Shown piece after piece: positions 37,011 to 50,652 of a DNA stretch of 64,000 bases. The notes beneath the pieces are model-generated. The model was not told the origin of the DNA, ran no database searches, and saw only the letters and a program-made list of their open reading frames with translations. A program made the position numbers and the translations under genes. The DNA is from Torpedo marmorata (lineage: Eukaryota), in contig OZ360230.1 in the NCBI GenBank assembly GCA_977017645.1, positions 38,626,001 through 38,690,000 on the forward strand. The letters run 5' to 3'. The first letter of the stretch is position 1. Each line of letters starts with the position of its first letter.

Positions 37011-38879
37011 ACTTGTCCACATTTGAAGTTTTCCCCTCTTTCATTCGGTGTTTCTTCTTGCTCGCCTGAATGACCTATACTGAAAAGAGTGACATTGCTC
37101 AGTGTTAATGAGAGGCAACTGTGGCTTGGATTGAACTTGTACATGTCCTTGATGAAAGCCTGATGTTTTGGGTCTAACGGGAGCAATTGCTTGCAAAGTA
37201 ATTCATTACCACAAAACTCATTACTGAGTGATATAACGCAGAATAAAGAAACTACGTGGAAATATCAGTACTATGATGTAAGACGACTCGGGTAAACAGA
37301 ACAGGTTAATTAAGTTGAATTAATTGCATCTTATTTTCATTGGAGTGATTGAACTTTACCAATGATGGTAGGAAGGGGTTAATTCCATTTTCTTTCCTGA
37401 TTAATTATTTTCATAACTCTAAAGTTAAATATGTAAAAATTGCAAACAGTTCAGAATAATCTTCGATGGTCACCTATTTCCAGAAAATATGTGCTAGTGT
37501 AAAAACAATGAGGAATCAAATAATTCGCAGCCTCTCACTTCACTGCAACTGAAGTACTTCATTACAACAGAAGTGAGCCATATGTTTTGTGCCAAATGTG
37601 ATAACTATGTCAAACAGCTTGCCAGGCTTGGCTTGTAAAGGAGTTATTGCTGGAATGAATATCAAAATAATGAAAAAAAAATCCTCTCACACAAACTAAA
37701 TTCACCAAAGTATGTCCCCAAAATGAAAAAAGCCTCAGGTCCAAAATGAGCAGAATCAATCTCTGGTTAATCAATTTGCTAGTTGGTTACCAGTTGCCAA
37801 TACATCACTCTGAACCTGAGATTCTATTTTATTTCCAGAGGAAAAAAAACTCAGGAGTCAAATTACCCCCTCTCTTCCTCCCCCTTCTATCTCTTTTGTA
37901 TGTCTTCAACAATTCACAGGGCTCCATTTGCAGTTCCAAGAGTTTGCAACTCGATTTGTTTCATATGGCACGTTTGTCCAAGATTGACCATTTGTTTCCA
38001 ACTACTCTCGATCGATTTTCTTTTCTCTTCGGTTCTTTTGTTGCAGAGTGTACAGAGCAGACTGAAAGATTTATAACAAATGTCGAATACCAATCATGTG
38101 ATAACAGGTTCTTTTACTGAAAGTGATTGAAGGAGGCCAATTCTCAGTGGCTGGTTTGAGGAATGTAAATAACTCAAATGCAAATAACATTATTTTTTCC
38201 TGAAATATGTCTTTTTGTAGATAAGGACTGATGGAAGGTGACTTTACAAAAGAAAAAAGTAAATTAAAAAAAATCTATGGATAAAGATGAGAGATTAAAG
38301 TGTTCAACAGCATAGCTGAAATGTAGAAAATCTTTAGAACTAACTTCAAACGTGTTTTGAGCTTAATCTTTTTGAAGTAACTTTTTACTGATGTCATTGT
38401 TGTTTATATTTAAGTGGTTGGAGATTGTGTACACTCTAAACCATGAAAATGGTTTTGTTCTGTTTTGTTTCTGGTCTTATATTTGGAGGAGGGGGTTTTT
38501 CTTTGGAGGACAGAGGAATCTAAACATTTGGAACAAGGAATCCAAGGAAGAATTTTCAAGTGCCTGTAAGTATATCCCATACTTTCCTGTGGAATTTCTC
38601 TGGATGTAATAATGTCCTTTTGTTGTTCTTCAATTTGGTGACAATAGGCTACCATTAAGATGGTTAGCATGGAAATCTCCTCAATTAGAAATATGGATTA
38701 CCTATATTAACACTACCTTTACAAATCTGCAATATTAATGTGAATTATGAGGGTATTGGTAGCAACACACCTTTAAATAGCTCTCTGCATTGGCATTATT
38801 ATGCTTTTATTATGCCAGAACTCCAGCCATGTCTTGTGAGATGAGGTTAGAATAATTAACCATTACTGATAGGTTCTGT

Positions 38880-39236
38880 CTCCAACCAGATGGCATCAAT
38901 ATCAACTTCTCCAATTTCTGTTAACCCCCTCCTCTGGTCTCTTTCTTTCCCTCATCCCTCTGTCTCCCTTCAGCTCTTCACACCCTTCCCAAGCAGAGAG
39001 CTATCTTTCAGCCTTCTGCCGTCTCCCCTTTTCACTTCACAGATTCTTTCTCTTCTACCCTCTCACCTACATTTAGCTATTACCTCTTACCAGTTAGCCT
39101 GAGTTCCTCCCCCTCCTTTTTATTCAGGCATCAGTCTGATTTTTGGCATACCTGATGAAGGGCTCAGGCCCAAAATATTAACTACCTTTTCCTTTCTATG
39201 CATGCTGCGTGACCTGCTGAGTTTCTCCAGCACTTT
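38880..39236 (+). mobile_element. PLE ORF end plus 3' UTR with hammerhead core
   Basis: QPDGININFSNF; CTGATGA-A-GGGC TCAG GCCC-AAAA (39152-39175; canonical CUGAUGA, GAAA box mutated). Confidence 0.8.
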
Positions 39237-39481
39237 TAAATTTAAATTTAAACATGCAGCACGGTAACAGGCCCCTTCAGCCCATGGACCCGTGTCGCCC
39301 AATTACATCCAATTGACCTCCAACCCCCCCCCCCCGTATGTTTTGAAGGGTGGGAGGAAACCAGAGCCCCCAGGGAAAACCTATACAGACATGTGGAGAA
39401 TGTACAAATTCCTTACAGAGAGCACGGGATTCGAACCCGGGTCCCGATCGCTGGCGCTGTACTAATTGCTACGCTAACCGT
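39237..39481 (-). mobile_element. V-SINE (HE1-like)
   Basis: Homolog of 2113-2380 and 5508-5750. Confidence 0.85.
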
Positions 39482-40547
39482 AACTCCTATCTGTGCACTG
39501 CACCTCATCATTATTGTATGCAATTTACTTTATCTGTCTGCTTTTGATTCAGATGTTTCCACATTATCTCCCATTTCCATGGCTGTTTATTTTTGTGGTA
39601 CAGTAGAAAACATGAAAAGAATTGTGGCCTTTTTAATCTAGAACCTGTTGCCCCATTCACCGAGCTAATGGCTGATCTGGTGACCTAACTCTATTTACTT
39701 ACCTTTGGTACAAACAAAAATCTACCAATCTCAGATTTAAAATTAATAACCTGGTATCAAATGTTATTGCAGGAAAGAGTTTCAAACTTTTACCAGTCTT
39801 TGAAATTTGAAAAGACTCCCAAGTATTTGTGAAGAGTCTGGATCTAATTATTAGATATCTAACAATATATTCTTTTTATCTTTCCTTTCCTTTTTGTCTT
39901 ATGAACTATGAACTTAACATTTTAAATCCCATCTTGTGTAACCTCTCCCATAAATTTATTCCTTGGAGTCCAGGTATTATTCTGGCTAACCGATGTTGCC
40001 TTCACCCCAAACCCTATGGTGTTTGGCACAGAATAGAACACAGTATCTTGTTGCAGTCTAACTAGATCTGTGTTTATATGTAGTATCATTCCTACCCTCT
40101 TGCTTCAAAGTGCCATGATATTTTAATGACCTGTGTTCATGGGCCTCGACAATTCTTTACATCTCCAATGATTCTAATGGCTCTCCCTTTAGAATATGTT
40201 CTTTCCTATCCTTTTTAGTTCTGAAGTGAAGACCTCACATTTAACTGTATTGAAATCTATTTACTACTGCCTTGACTAATTGCTTTATCTATTAATATCT
40301 CTTTACAGTTCAGTGCTTCATGTAATGCTGCTTACAATGTTGCCAATTTTTATGTCACTGGCAAAGTTGGATATGAGTCTTGATATTCCATCATTTCAGA
40401 TGGATATAAATACGGTAGAATGTTGTGGTACAAACACAATTCCTTGCAGAACCACGAGTTACATCCTACCAATTTGAGTACCTAATAATTTTTGCCAACT
40501 CTGTGGCTTAGCTTGTTTCCTTGTCAGGTCAATCATTTGTCTTATTT

Positions 40548-42200
40548 TCAGAATCAGAATTTATTGTCCTGAACATGTCACAAAATTCATTGTTTTACAG
40601 CAGCATTACAGTGCAAATATTGCTATAAAATTACATTTAAAAATAAATAAATAAATTAGTTAAAAAATAAGAGAAAGTGAGGTAGTGTCTGTGGTTCTTT
40701 GTCCATTCAGAAATCTGATGGCAGAGGGGAAGAATCTGTCCTTGTGTCGCTGGGTATTCGTCCTCAGGCTCCTGTACCTCCTTCCCAATGGTAGCAGTGT
40801 GAAGAGGGCATGGCCTGGGTGGTGAGGGTCCTTGAGGATAGAGGCTACTTTCTCAAGAATCCACCTCTTGTAGAAGTCCTCGACAGAGTGAAGACTAATG
40901 GTTGTGATGGCGCAAGCCGAGTTCACAACTCTCTGTAGTTTCTTCTTGTCCTGTGCATTGGTACGTCCATACCAGACAGTGATGCAACCAGTCAAAATAC
41001 TCTCCATGGTACGCCTGTAGAAATTTGCAAGAGTTTTGGTGACATACCGAATCTCCTCAAACTCCTCATGAAGTATAGTTGCTGGCGAGCCTTCTTCATG
41101 ATTGCATCGACATGGAGGCTCCAGGACTGATCCTCAGAGATGTTGACACCCAGGAACTTGAAGCCCTTAACCCTTTCCACTGCTGACCCCTCCATGAGGA
41201 CTGTTTCGTGATTTCCTGATTTACCCCTCCTGAAGTCCATAATCAGCTCCTTGGTTTTGATAATTTTGAGTGCAAGGTTGTTGTTGTGACACCACTCAAC
41301 TAACTGATCTATCTCCCTCTTGTACGCTACCTCATTGCTATCTGTGATTCTGCCAATGACCTTGGTGTCATCAGCAAATTTGTAGATGCCATTTGAATTG
41401 TTCCTAGCAACACAGTCATGGGTGTATAGTGAGTAGAGCAGTGGGATAAGCACACATCCTTGAGGTGCAACTGTGTTGACCATCAGTGAGGAGGAGTCGT
41501 TTTTTCCCGATTCGTACTGACTGGCTTCCGATGAGGAAGTCAAGGATCAAGTTGCAGAGGGGGGTGCAGAGGCCCATCAGCACTAAGGGTATGATGGTGT
41601 TGAAAGCTAAGCATAGTTGATGAAGAGTAGCCTGGTGTATGTGTTGCTGTTGTCTAGGTGGTCCAGAGCTGAGTGGAGAGCCAGTGAGATTGCATCTACT
41701 GTGGAGCGATTGTGACAGTAGAATTGCAGTGGGTCCAGATCTATACTTAGGTACAAGTTAATTCTGGCCATGACCAACCTCTCAAAGCAATTCATCACAG
41801 TAGATGTGAGTGCTGCTGGACGATAGTCATTGAGGTAGCTCAATCTGCTCTTCTTGGCCACCGGTATAATTTATGCCCTTTTGAAGCAGGTGGGAACCTC
41901 TGACTGCAGCAATGAGAGATTGAAATGTCCGTGAACACTCCGGCTAGTTGGTTGCACAGATTTTCAGTACCCTGCAAGATACACCGTCAGGGCCTGACGC
42001 CTTGCGAGGGTTCATCCTCTTGAAGGATGTTCTGATGTTGGCCTCAGATACCGATATCACAGGGTCGTCAGCTTCTGTGGGGATTCTCATAGGTATCATT
42101 GAGTTATCCTTCTCAAAGCAAGCATAAAAGGTGTTCAGCTCATCGGACAGTGAAGCATCACAGCCATTTATGGTGTTTCCATGAGCTTCAACATCTGCTC
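40548..42200 (-). mobile_element. Rex1/Babar-clade LINE, frameshifted RT
   Basis: RKASGPDG...[21 protein letters not shown]...PQGCVL...KFADDT...FFPSAIRFLN; nested in an older CR1-like relic (~39600-42380). Confidence 0.9.
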
Positions 42201-43049
42201 TTAGGAAGGATATCATCAAATATAATAGGGTTCATCAGGCATGATCTATCTATTTCAAATCAAAGCTTATTTCCCTGGATCAGGTGAAAGTTTTCAATCT
42301 CACTCTGTACTCCAGTAACTTGCCAACAAAAACTGTTGTTTTAATTGGCCCATAATTCATCAGTATTCCTTCTCTTGCCTTGTGGAAGGACCATGACAGG
42401 GTTGCCAGTATTACTTTGGGAACTGTGCAGCACAAAAGATTGGGGTGTTGGGGAGGGATGTGGCAGAAACATAAGGCATAGGCCGAGTTCAGGGCAATCC
42501 TGCCTGTTGTAGTAACTTCAACATCTCACGCAAGATTCCTTCCATGTGGTTCTTACAGTTTTGTCACCTTCTTCTGATAAGTGAACCTCAGCCTATCACT
42601 GCAAATGAGGTTGGATATCATCTGAGAGGTCAATTTTTCTTTAGGCTTTACGTTGAGCCTTTAACACTTCAGTTGCCAAGTCTTCAGTGACTGAGCACTC
42701 AACCTCTTCTGGATTATCAGGCTGTTTACACTGGATCACCAGAGACAGCCTTTATCTCATTCACATTCATTGTCCATAAGAAATTATGGCAGATTATTTA
42801 TGGCAGATTTTACAGCCCTGATTACACCCCTTCTTTAATTCAGCATCGCAAAAGGCCAACCGATGCATGCAAATCCATGTTTTGTACTCTGCAGTCTATA
42901 GTGGCATTGATGAAATATGAGGGCTGTGGAACTGCCATTATGTAGCTCTGCTTTTCCCAGTGCAATTCCCTCGAGATCAAGCAAACAGGTGCAAAAGGTA
43001 TTGGGGAATCCCAAGGCAAATCCTAAAAGATACAAACTCTTTCCCAATT

Positions 43050-43155
43050 CTGACAAAGAATCTTGAACCTGAAACTTTAACTGTTTCTCTTTCTATAGTT
43101 GCTGCCTGACCTGTTGATTATATCCAGAATTTTCTATATTTATTTCAGATTCCAT
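43050..43155 (+). mobile_element. Degenerate PLE-type 3' terminus
   Basis: tctgacaaag...cctgaaactttaactgtttctc...gctgcctgacctgttga. Confidence 0.45.
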
Positions 43156-43262
43156 ATCTATATTTTTTTCTTATTTTTTTTGATTTCCATACCCAAATTT
43201 TGTCTGGCACAACCTGAGTTTCACAAAGTTCTGTACCAGGCTAAAACACATTGAACCAATAA

Positions 43263-43640
43263 CACTGGACAACGAAGATTTTACTTCCTGAACACTTGGA
43301 CTTCTTCCCTGCTGATCTTGGTGCAGTCAGTGATGAACATGCTGAAAGGTTTCACCAGGACATTGCGACCATGGAAAAGCAGTATCAGGGAAATTGGAAT
43401 CCATCAATGCTGGCTGACTATCATTGCACACTGACATAAGAGGCATCAGATGCTGAGTACAAACGAATATCAGCAGCAAAACATTTTTAGGTCAGTTGAA
43501 CTAACGCAATGTGTCAGCATCATTATGCGATTAAACATGCTAAATTTCATAAAAGTTAATTTAATGTTTCTCCAACTTCCTATGTGATACAGCAAATCTG
43601 AAAATATCTGTGTTCATCTTGAAATTGTCTATCATAATTC
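43263..43640 (+). mobile_element. Chapaev3-like DNA transposon deletion derivative (one end missing)
   Basis: taa|CACTGGACAAC terminus; LDFFPADLGAVSDEHAERFHQDIATMEKQYQGNWNPSMLADY; homologous to 54068-54685. Confidence 0.7.
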
Positions 43641-44429
43641 ACAAACCATGCCAAGATTTCAGTTATTGCACCACTTTCTTTGCACTTTTTGAGATATGCA
43701 AATTTTGCTTGAATTTATTAATGGATTTCAGGTTTGGATAGCAAAGCCAGCATTTACTACAGTACACTTTTTTAAAATGCCCTCGAGATGTATTGGAGAG
43801 ACACCTTCCTGAATCGCTGCAGTCCTTCTGATGAAAGTGTCCACAAAATGCAACATATAGATACAGCGACAACGAAGGAAAAATTTATACATTTCCAAGT
43901 AAGGATGGTGTACAACTTGTCGTGCCAACATGAATGTAGCATTGTTCCTATGTATGAAATGCTTTGAAATGTAACTTTAAAAAGTACCCTGGAGATGGAT
44001 TGCTGTAAGTAATATTATTTTTTAAATAGCTTTTTATTTAAATACAGTTTGCTCACAAGTGGTGAATAACTGACTGTGAATAAAGGTACTTGTTTTGTGG
44101 CAGTTTTATCAAACTATTGTAATTTAGCACATTACATCAGAAGTTTTTTTCTAAAAATGTTGTAAAATTCTGTCCGATTGCATTGGCCAATGGCTGATTT
44201 TACATCTGATGCTGATTTTAATTTGAGGGAAAGAGATCTTCCAGATACTAGGATGATTTTGGGAGCTATTTGCACTAAGTTCACTGATTGCATCTAAGGC
44301 TGAAACTCCAAACATCATTATGTTTACATCATTACTTTTTCAGAGACACTGAAATCTAGCCTTTTCCCCATGCAATCTGCAACAATAAACTTCCAGGGAG
44401 GCAAACTAATCAGTCATTTACTTCATGTC

Positions 44430-45060
44430 TTCTAAGGTGGCCCCTTGTGATCATGGTTGGCTTATTTTCCTAATGGTTTTGAGGGCTGCAAAGTGCCTTA
44501 TAAGACCAACATGGAATCCACAGACTCTGTCACAGGTGGGTTAGATCAGGGTCAGGAGGTGTATGACTGCCGGGCAGGTGGGTAGTTTGGAAGCCCCTGT
44601 GTTCCTTTTTTCCTGGGCTTCTTTGTGCACCCAACTATGAGACACGAGTTGTCAATGCCATTCTGGATGGACGTCTCTTTTCCATTTTGACCCAAGAAAT
44701 CCATGGGTCAGAGGGGATATTATTTTCTCTTCAAGGAAGTTTTGAGAGCACTCTTGAATCATTTCCTGTGTCCCTGCTAATCTCTTACCAGAGTAGAATG
44801 CCTGTTTGGAAGTGTGATGCCAGGCATACAAACAAATTGACCTACCCAATGGAGCCGTATGGCGTGGTGAGGATCCCGATATTGGTTCACATTTCCTTAC
44901 AGTTTACTTGGAGCATGTTGCAGAGACAGTCGTGGTGATAACACTTCAATGATTTAATGAACCTGCTCTAGGCAGTCCATGCCTCTGAAGCATACAGGAG
45001 GTAAGGGATCACTCCTGTTCTCCGTGCAATTTAACAAGGGGCTGTCATCAAACCTCTCTT
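44430..45060 (-). mobile_element. Degenerate RTE-like LINE 3' portion
   Basis: Minus strand LLYASEAWT-like and ...HTSKQAFYS motifs. Confidence 0.55.
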
Positions 45061-48000
45061 CGATATTGCATCCATCCAACAGTTAAACCACAATGGAGCA
45101 TTGAATGAAGGCTGCAGAAGTCTTCGAAGCGATTCCAGAAAAGGCTTTGCATTCCAAAATATACTCCCGTGGTACTCAGTCACTTTCTGCAAGTATGGCT
45201 TCTGTGTATCTTGACCATATGTACTGCCCTCTCAATGGCTGTTGATGTCATATTCACCCTTAACTTCCATTCCATAAGTTTTTCTTTTCCTGTGACAATC
45301 CAATGGTGTTTAGGAGGCACCCTTCCATGTGGATGCTATGGTGATGGTTGAGGTGCTAGTGGTAGTGGGAATCCATTGCAGGATAATTAACCGCAGCATC
45401 TGCACAAAATAGGTACATTAAGCTGAATGGCCTTTTCCTTTTATGTACTCTTGAGTTGCTTATGCATGAGAGGGCTCTGCAAATTCAATTTATTTAGAAG
45501 GATTTTATAAAGAAATATAGGAAACATCGTGTTCTTAGGAATTTACTGAAAACACTCCATATCCCATCAATTATTCAAATCAATTTGCTTGTAGATGAGA
45601 GAATTGATGCCATATCACCCCATTTTATACACCATTTAACGGCATGAATTCAGATGCTTTGCTGCTTCAAAGCAGATCACCAATGACTTGAAAGCATTTT
45701 GATGAGGTAAAACTGATTTAAAACACATACTAATTTTTGGTGGGGGTATTTTTTAAATCAATTTGTCTGTTAAGCAAGGTGACAAACAAGTCCAAAGTCT
45801 TTATCAAAGCCAAGATAACAATTCCCATTTCAGGTTTCTATTGTTTTAACAAAGTGCCACAGTGAATGAAGTAAGTTCTTCTGTCTCTTATCATTGCCAA
45901 TTTCAACAAAGCACATTTCTAAGGACCCAGCAATATGAGCCTGAAGCACGAGCATAGAAGGTGAGCCTGTAAATGCCACCAGGCACCACAGGACTGGTCT
46001 CTGCTCTATTGTTGGTTACTGCCTCACTCACTCGCCTCCTGAGAAATATTCATTAATTTTTATTAACAGCGAAAACATTTGTTCCCGTGACAATATTTGC
46101 ATCGTTGAAATGATTTTCACCTCTGCCATAAGGTGTACTATCAACTCATACATCACCCGATTACTTGGAGAGCAGAAAGACCCTCAGTCATTAGTGAGTG
46201 AATTAGGGATGATCTAAAGCACTATTAATCACAGTGACAAAAGCCTTAATGTTTCTGTGACCCCAGCATAGTCTGGGGACCTGAGTCGAAGCGGAGGGAG
46301 AAAATGGAAACATATGTTTTTTACTGAAATAGTCCACCTCAGGAATAGTGCTGGGAGAATTTCCTTAAATATATTATCCAGTATTTCAATGCAGTTCTGA
46401 CAATGTCTGTGGAAATTGCCCTTCAAGCAATTAATGTCACTGTTTGCTTCTCTGTTCTAAAATATCTGTTTGTTTTAGATCTACAATGTACATGCACACT
46501 GTATAAAATTTATTTTTACTCAGCAATAAATATTGATTTTTTTTAACTAAGAGACTGCTTTTATGAGAAAGGAGCAATTGTGTTCAATTAGTGACCCTTT
46601 TGAGTCCAGATTTAATTATTATAATTTAAAAAAATTTTCAATGGAGTTTCTTATGCCTTTCCATCTATTTATTTCAGAAATGGCACACATTTTGATTCAC
46701 TGATCTGACATAAGATTAAATGCATGGAATTAAATATGTTCCTTCAAAGGAGCAATGTTTCACCAACTTCTTATGTAACATATTGGATTGGAATAGTTTG
46801 CCAATATATTTTTTTTATCATTTGTAATCTGCTTCATATCTTAGAGTTCTTGCTTATTTTGTATTATTAAACTTCCATGCAAGATATTGCTTTCACCTGT
46901 TTTATGAAGGCCTTGTTTATTGATTGAAGCTGGTTGCTTGCTAAACATTAATCACACTTGCTCAGAGTTCTACCTTAGAGTCATAAGCCTTAAGGTCCTG
47001 AATGAACCAGACATTTTGTATGATAAATCTCTCCAAAATATCTCAACCATAACACAGGTCCTCATTAACTGCTCATTTACCCAGGATGCACTCTGGCTCG
47101 CAAACGTTGACAAATGTGCGGGAAAGCCGGGGTTATTTTTTACACTGACTCCTCAGCCTCTCACCTCAGATTATTCATTTATTAAAGCAATCACAAAGGT
47201 CTAGATGCTTAATATTGCTCTCACCAAATATGAAAATGATCTACTTGCCTATTCCATGGTTCCTCTTAGGGCAAGTAATTCATCATCAACTGAGGATAAA
47301 TGGGCCACTTCATTAGAGCCATAATTTATGAGATGTAAGTAAACTCCACACAGCAGCCACGCCTTGATGCGAACACTAATCCTGAAACCACTGAAATCCT
47401 TTACAACCATTGGCATTTAGAGAGTAAACATAAAGCCACTACGCCCCCCCCCCCCCGTTACCAAAACAAAAATCTGAGTGCAGCCTAAGATCCATGTGAG
47501 CTTTATACTAATTAAACTAATTAACCAGCATGCTGATTCCAAAGCCGTGTTTATACTGCCGTTTCTTGCCCCTTACCATTCATCTTCTTGTTGAATGGGA
47601 TCTGTCATGATTTGGTATGGTGATCCTGTTTTCAACAAACCTAGCCAGAAATTTGCACCTGGAGTGTACACTCAATAGACTCACACTAATCTCCCGTGTT
47701 ATCGCCTGTGTGCATATTAATCGAGAAGGGCTGTGAATATCCACAGAGGCGAGAGTTAAGGGTCTGAAGTCAGTTTCTTGTCATTATAAGTGATTCATTG
47801 CACCCTGCCCTTTGGAATTTTTTTTCCTCTGTTGCATGTCACTCAGCTCATTATTAGTTTAGTGAGGAAGAATTAAAGTCAGGGCACCTAGGTAAATTTG
47901 ACACAATGAGATTCAAACATTTATCTGGGCACCTACTAGTTGCTCTTAAAATGGATCAATTAATGGGTGGTCACGATTCACATCTGGTAGTCTCACACAT

Positions 48001-48864
48001 TCCAGAGAAATCCATCTAGTGCTCACGATCACTAACAATTGAGGCACTCTGATAGCTCAGTTACAAATCTGCTGATCGGTATTATTACATGTATTATATT
48101 TGTTCTTTTCATGGATTTTTTGTGGTTATTAATCAGGTGAGGAAAGGTTAGCCTCTCTCTCCTCTTTTTGGCAACCTGTATCAGTCAAGAACATTCCCGG
48201 ATAAGGAGATACATTGTCTGACAATGTACATACACACAGTCAGCATTCAATTTTATCCTTCTTCTCCCTCTCGAGCCATCATCATTGCAGCATTGCGGAT
48301 GATTTTGTTTCCTTTACAAGACACCCTGATAGATTGTCCAATGAAGATTGCACACAGAATCCCAACATCTACCAAACCATGACAACATATCTGCATTCAT
48401 TCATTGTCTTTCAGGTTATTACTACTATATATCAATTTGGATCCCTGAAGTGCAAGGGCAATGTACTAATCTGCAAAAGTCTATCAGTCCAAGTGCATGT
48501 GCACTTCTCAAACAAGGAGTTGGCTTCCTGCAATTCAATTTGAAATCATGCATTGACTCTGAGCTGTAGACTGGTTGGGCCAAATGGTCTGTTCTTCTGC
48601 TTTAAATTCTACTTCATTGTGTGTGACATTTCATTATCACAACCATGAAGACGGTGTTACAATGAAGAATGGTGCATTGTTCATGTACACGTTTAGACAA
48701 ACCATGAGAGCAGAGGTAATGAAACCTGTTTCCAGGGCAAGTATTGTAATGAGGATAAGTGTATTAATCTTCTCTGCTATGTAAGATCCAATGATAATAA
48801 TATTTTAATAACCTTATTGCATTGGTGAACATTTATAAATGCTGTATATTTATCAATGAAAGTA

Positions 48865-50652
48865 CCGTATATTTCGGCGTATAAGTCGAGTCTTGAAACC
48901 CTCAAAAATCTCTCAAAAAACGGGGGTCGACTTCTACGCTGGATATACTTTTGAGACCTTAAAATCAGCTCAAAAACCACTCCACGGCGATTCGGCGTAT
49001 AAGTTGACCCTTGAAAACCCGATTCAGCGTATAAGTCGACCCGTGAAACCCGATTCGGCGTATAAGCTGACCCGTGAAAAACCAAAAAAAAACCCGACTG
49101 CAACAAATTTTCATTGACATTTTTATTGAAAACAACAAGACATTTAGAACCCTTCAAAATAATTTTCGCTATCATCGTCTGAGGCAAAGATCTCGGCAAG
49201 CACATCCGGAATCTCACTGTTTAAACAGTCATCATACGGGTCCCAGTCTGTATCTGATGAGGCGGCTTCACCTTCGACCCACAATAAATCATCTTCTGTA
49301 CTGTCAATTGCACAAGAGATACCGCACTTTTTAAACGATTTTATTACAGTCTCTACTTTCACTTTGTCCCATGCCTTGAGCACCAAGTCACACAGCACAT
49401 CAAGCGATGCAGCACGCATTGCCCCGCCTTTTGTAAATGATTTTTCTGCACTCGACATCCATGTATTCCACTCTTCACGCACATGGTCTTTGAATGGCTT
49501 GTTCAAACAGACATCGAGAGGTTGCAATATAGACGTCAAACCACCTAGGATAACCACCATGTAAGTATTATGGTGATAATCTACTTTTAGTCTTCTCAGT
49601 TAAGTGGCTACGAAACATATCCCAGACCAGCAAACTCCGTTCCTTGCATAAACCGCCTGTTCCACACATTGTCTATCCATAGTTTACACCATTTTCATCC
49701 ATCCATCCTTTTTCATGGAAATGTACAAAAATACCTGCAGGGAATTTTATTTTAGGTTTAAATTTACGTTTGAAGATTATCATGGGTCTTAACTTTGTCC
49801 TGTCGGCCATGCACGATAACACCACAGTAAACCTGGTCCTTTCATGGCCTGTACTCCTGGTTTGCACAGTTTTCACACCTTTCCATTCCACTGTTCTATT
49901 GCCTATCATGTCAAAATTCATGGGGGTTTCGTCCATGTTTCCAATATTTGCCAATGCAAACTTGTGTTTCTGCTGGTTACGTAAAATAAACTGGTGAAAA
50001 CTTACAACTTTATGATCAAGATCTTTTGGTAGTTTCTGAGCAATTTTTGTTTTTTGTCGTAATACCAGATTTTTCCTGTTCATGAAACGGTTGCACCAGC
50101 CTACTGTAGCTTCAAAATCATTACTGAGTTCTGGGTGCGACTTTGCCCACTTCAGTGCAAATGTTCTTATTTTATTTCGGGTGACTATGTAGCAATCTTG
50201 CCTCTGTTCACGTACCCATGCTGCGACATGATTTTCCAACTCTGGCCAATGAGTGATTCCTCTTCTCATCGAACATTGCCTTTTTGGTATTTTTCTTAAA
50301 GTATCTTCTTTCTTCCTCCAATCTCTTACCAACTTCTCATATACATTAAATTTTCTTGCAGCAGCACAGTTGTTGGTTTTCTTGGCCATTTCTATCACTT
50401 TTAATTTAAAACTCGCCTCATACTTTCGTCGTTTCAATTGAGCCGCAATGATAACAATCACCTCCAGCCAATGCCCAGCAGCTCAATCAGCGTGATCGTT
50501 GTGGGTCGACCTATACGCCGGTCAACGCCCAGCAGCTCAATCATCGCAATTTTTGGGGGTCGACTTATACGCCGGATATACAATAAAACCATTAAAATGA
50601 AGCTGAAAAAGGGGGATTATCTGCGAGTCAACTTATACGCCAAAATATATGG
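48865..50652 (-). mobile_element. pogo-family (Passer/POGK-like) DNA transposon, both ends present
   Basis: TIRs CCGTATATTTCGGCGTATAAGTCGA / TCAACTTATACGCCAAAATATATGG; TA TSD (48863-48864, 50653-50654); subterminal CGGCGTATAAGTCGAC repeats at both ends. Confidence 0.92.
49144..50461 (-). pseudogene. Frameshifted pogo transposase (Brinker-type DBD, CENP-B HTH, DDE_1)
   Basis: RRKYEASFKLKVIEMA...AAARKF...VRDWRK; WCNRFMNR; catalytic motifs NMDETP, LLVWDMFRSH (between the two ORFs) and LQPLDVCLNKPFK; acidic tail. Confidence 0.9.

Noticed and set aside
49144-50461. Domesticated POGK-like host gene
   Set aside because: Frameshifted and flanked by TIRs and TA TSD, so a transposon copy.
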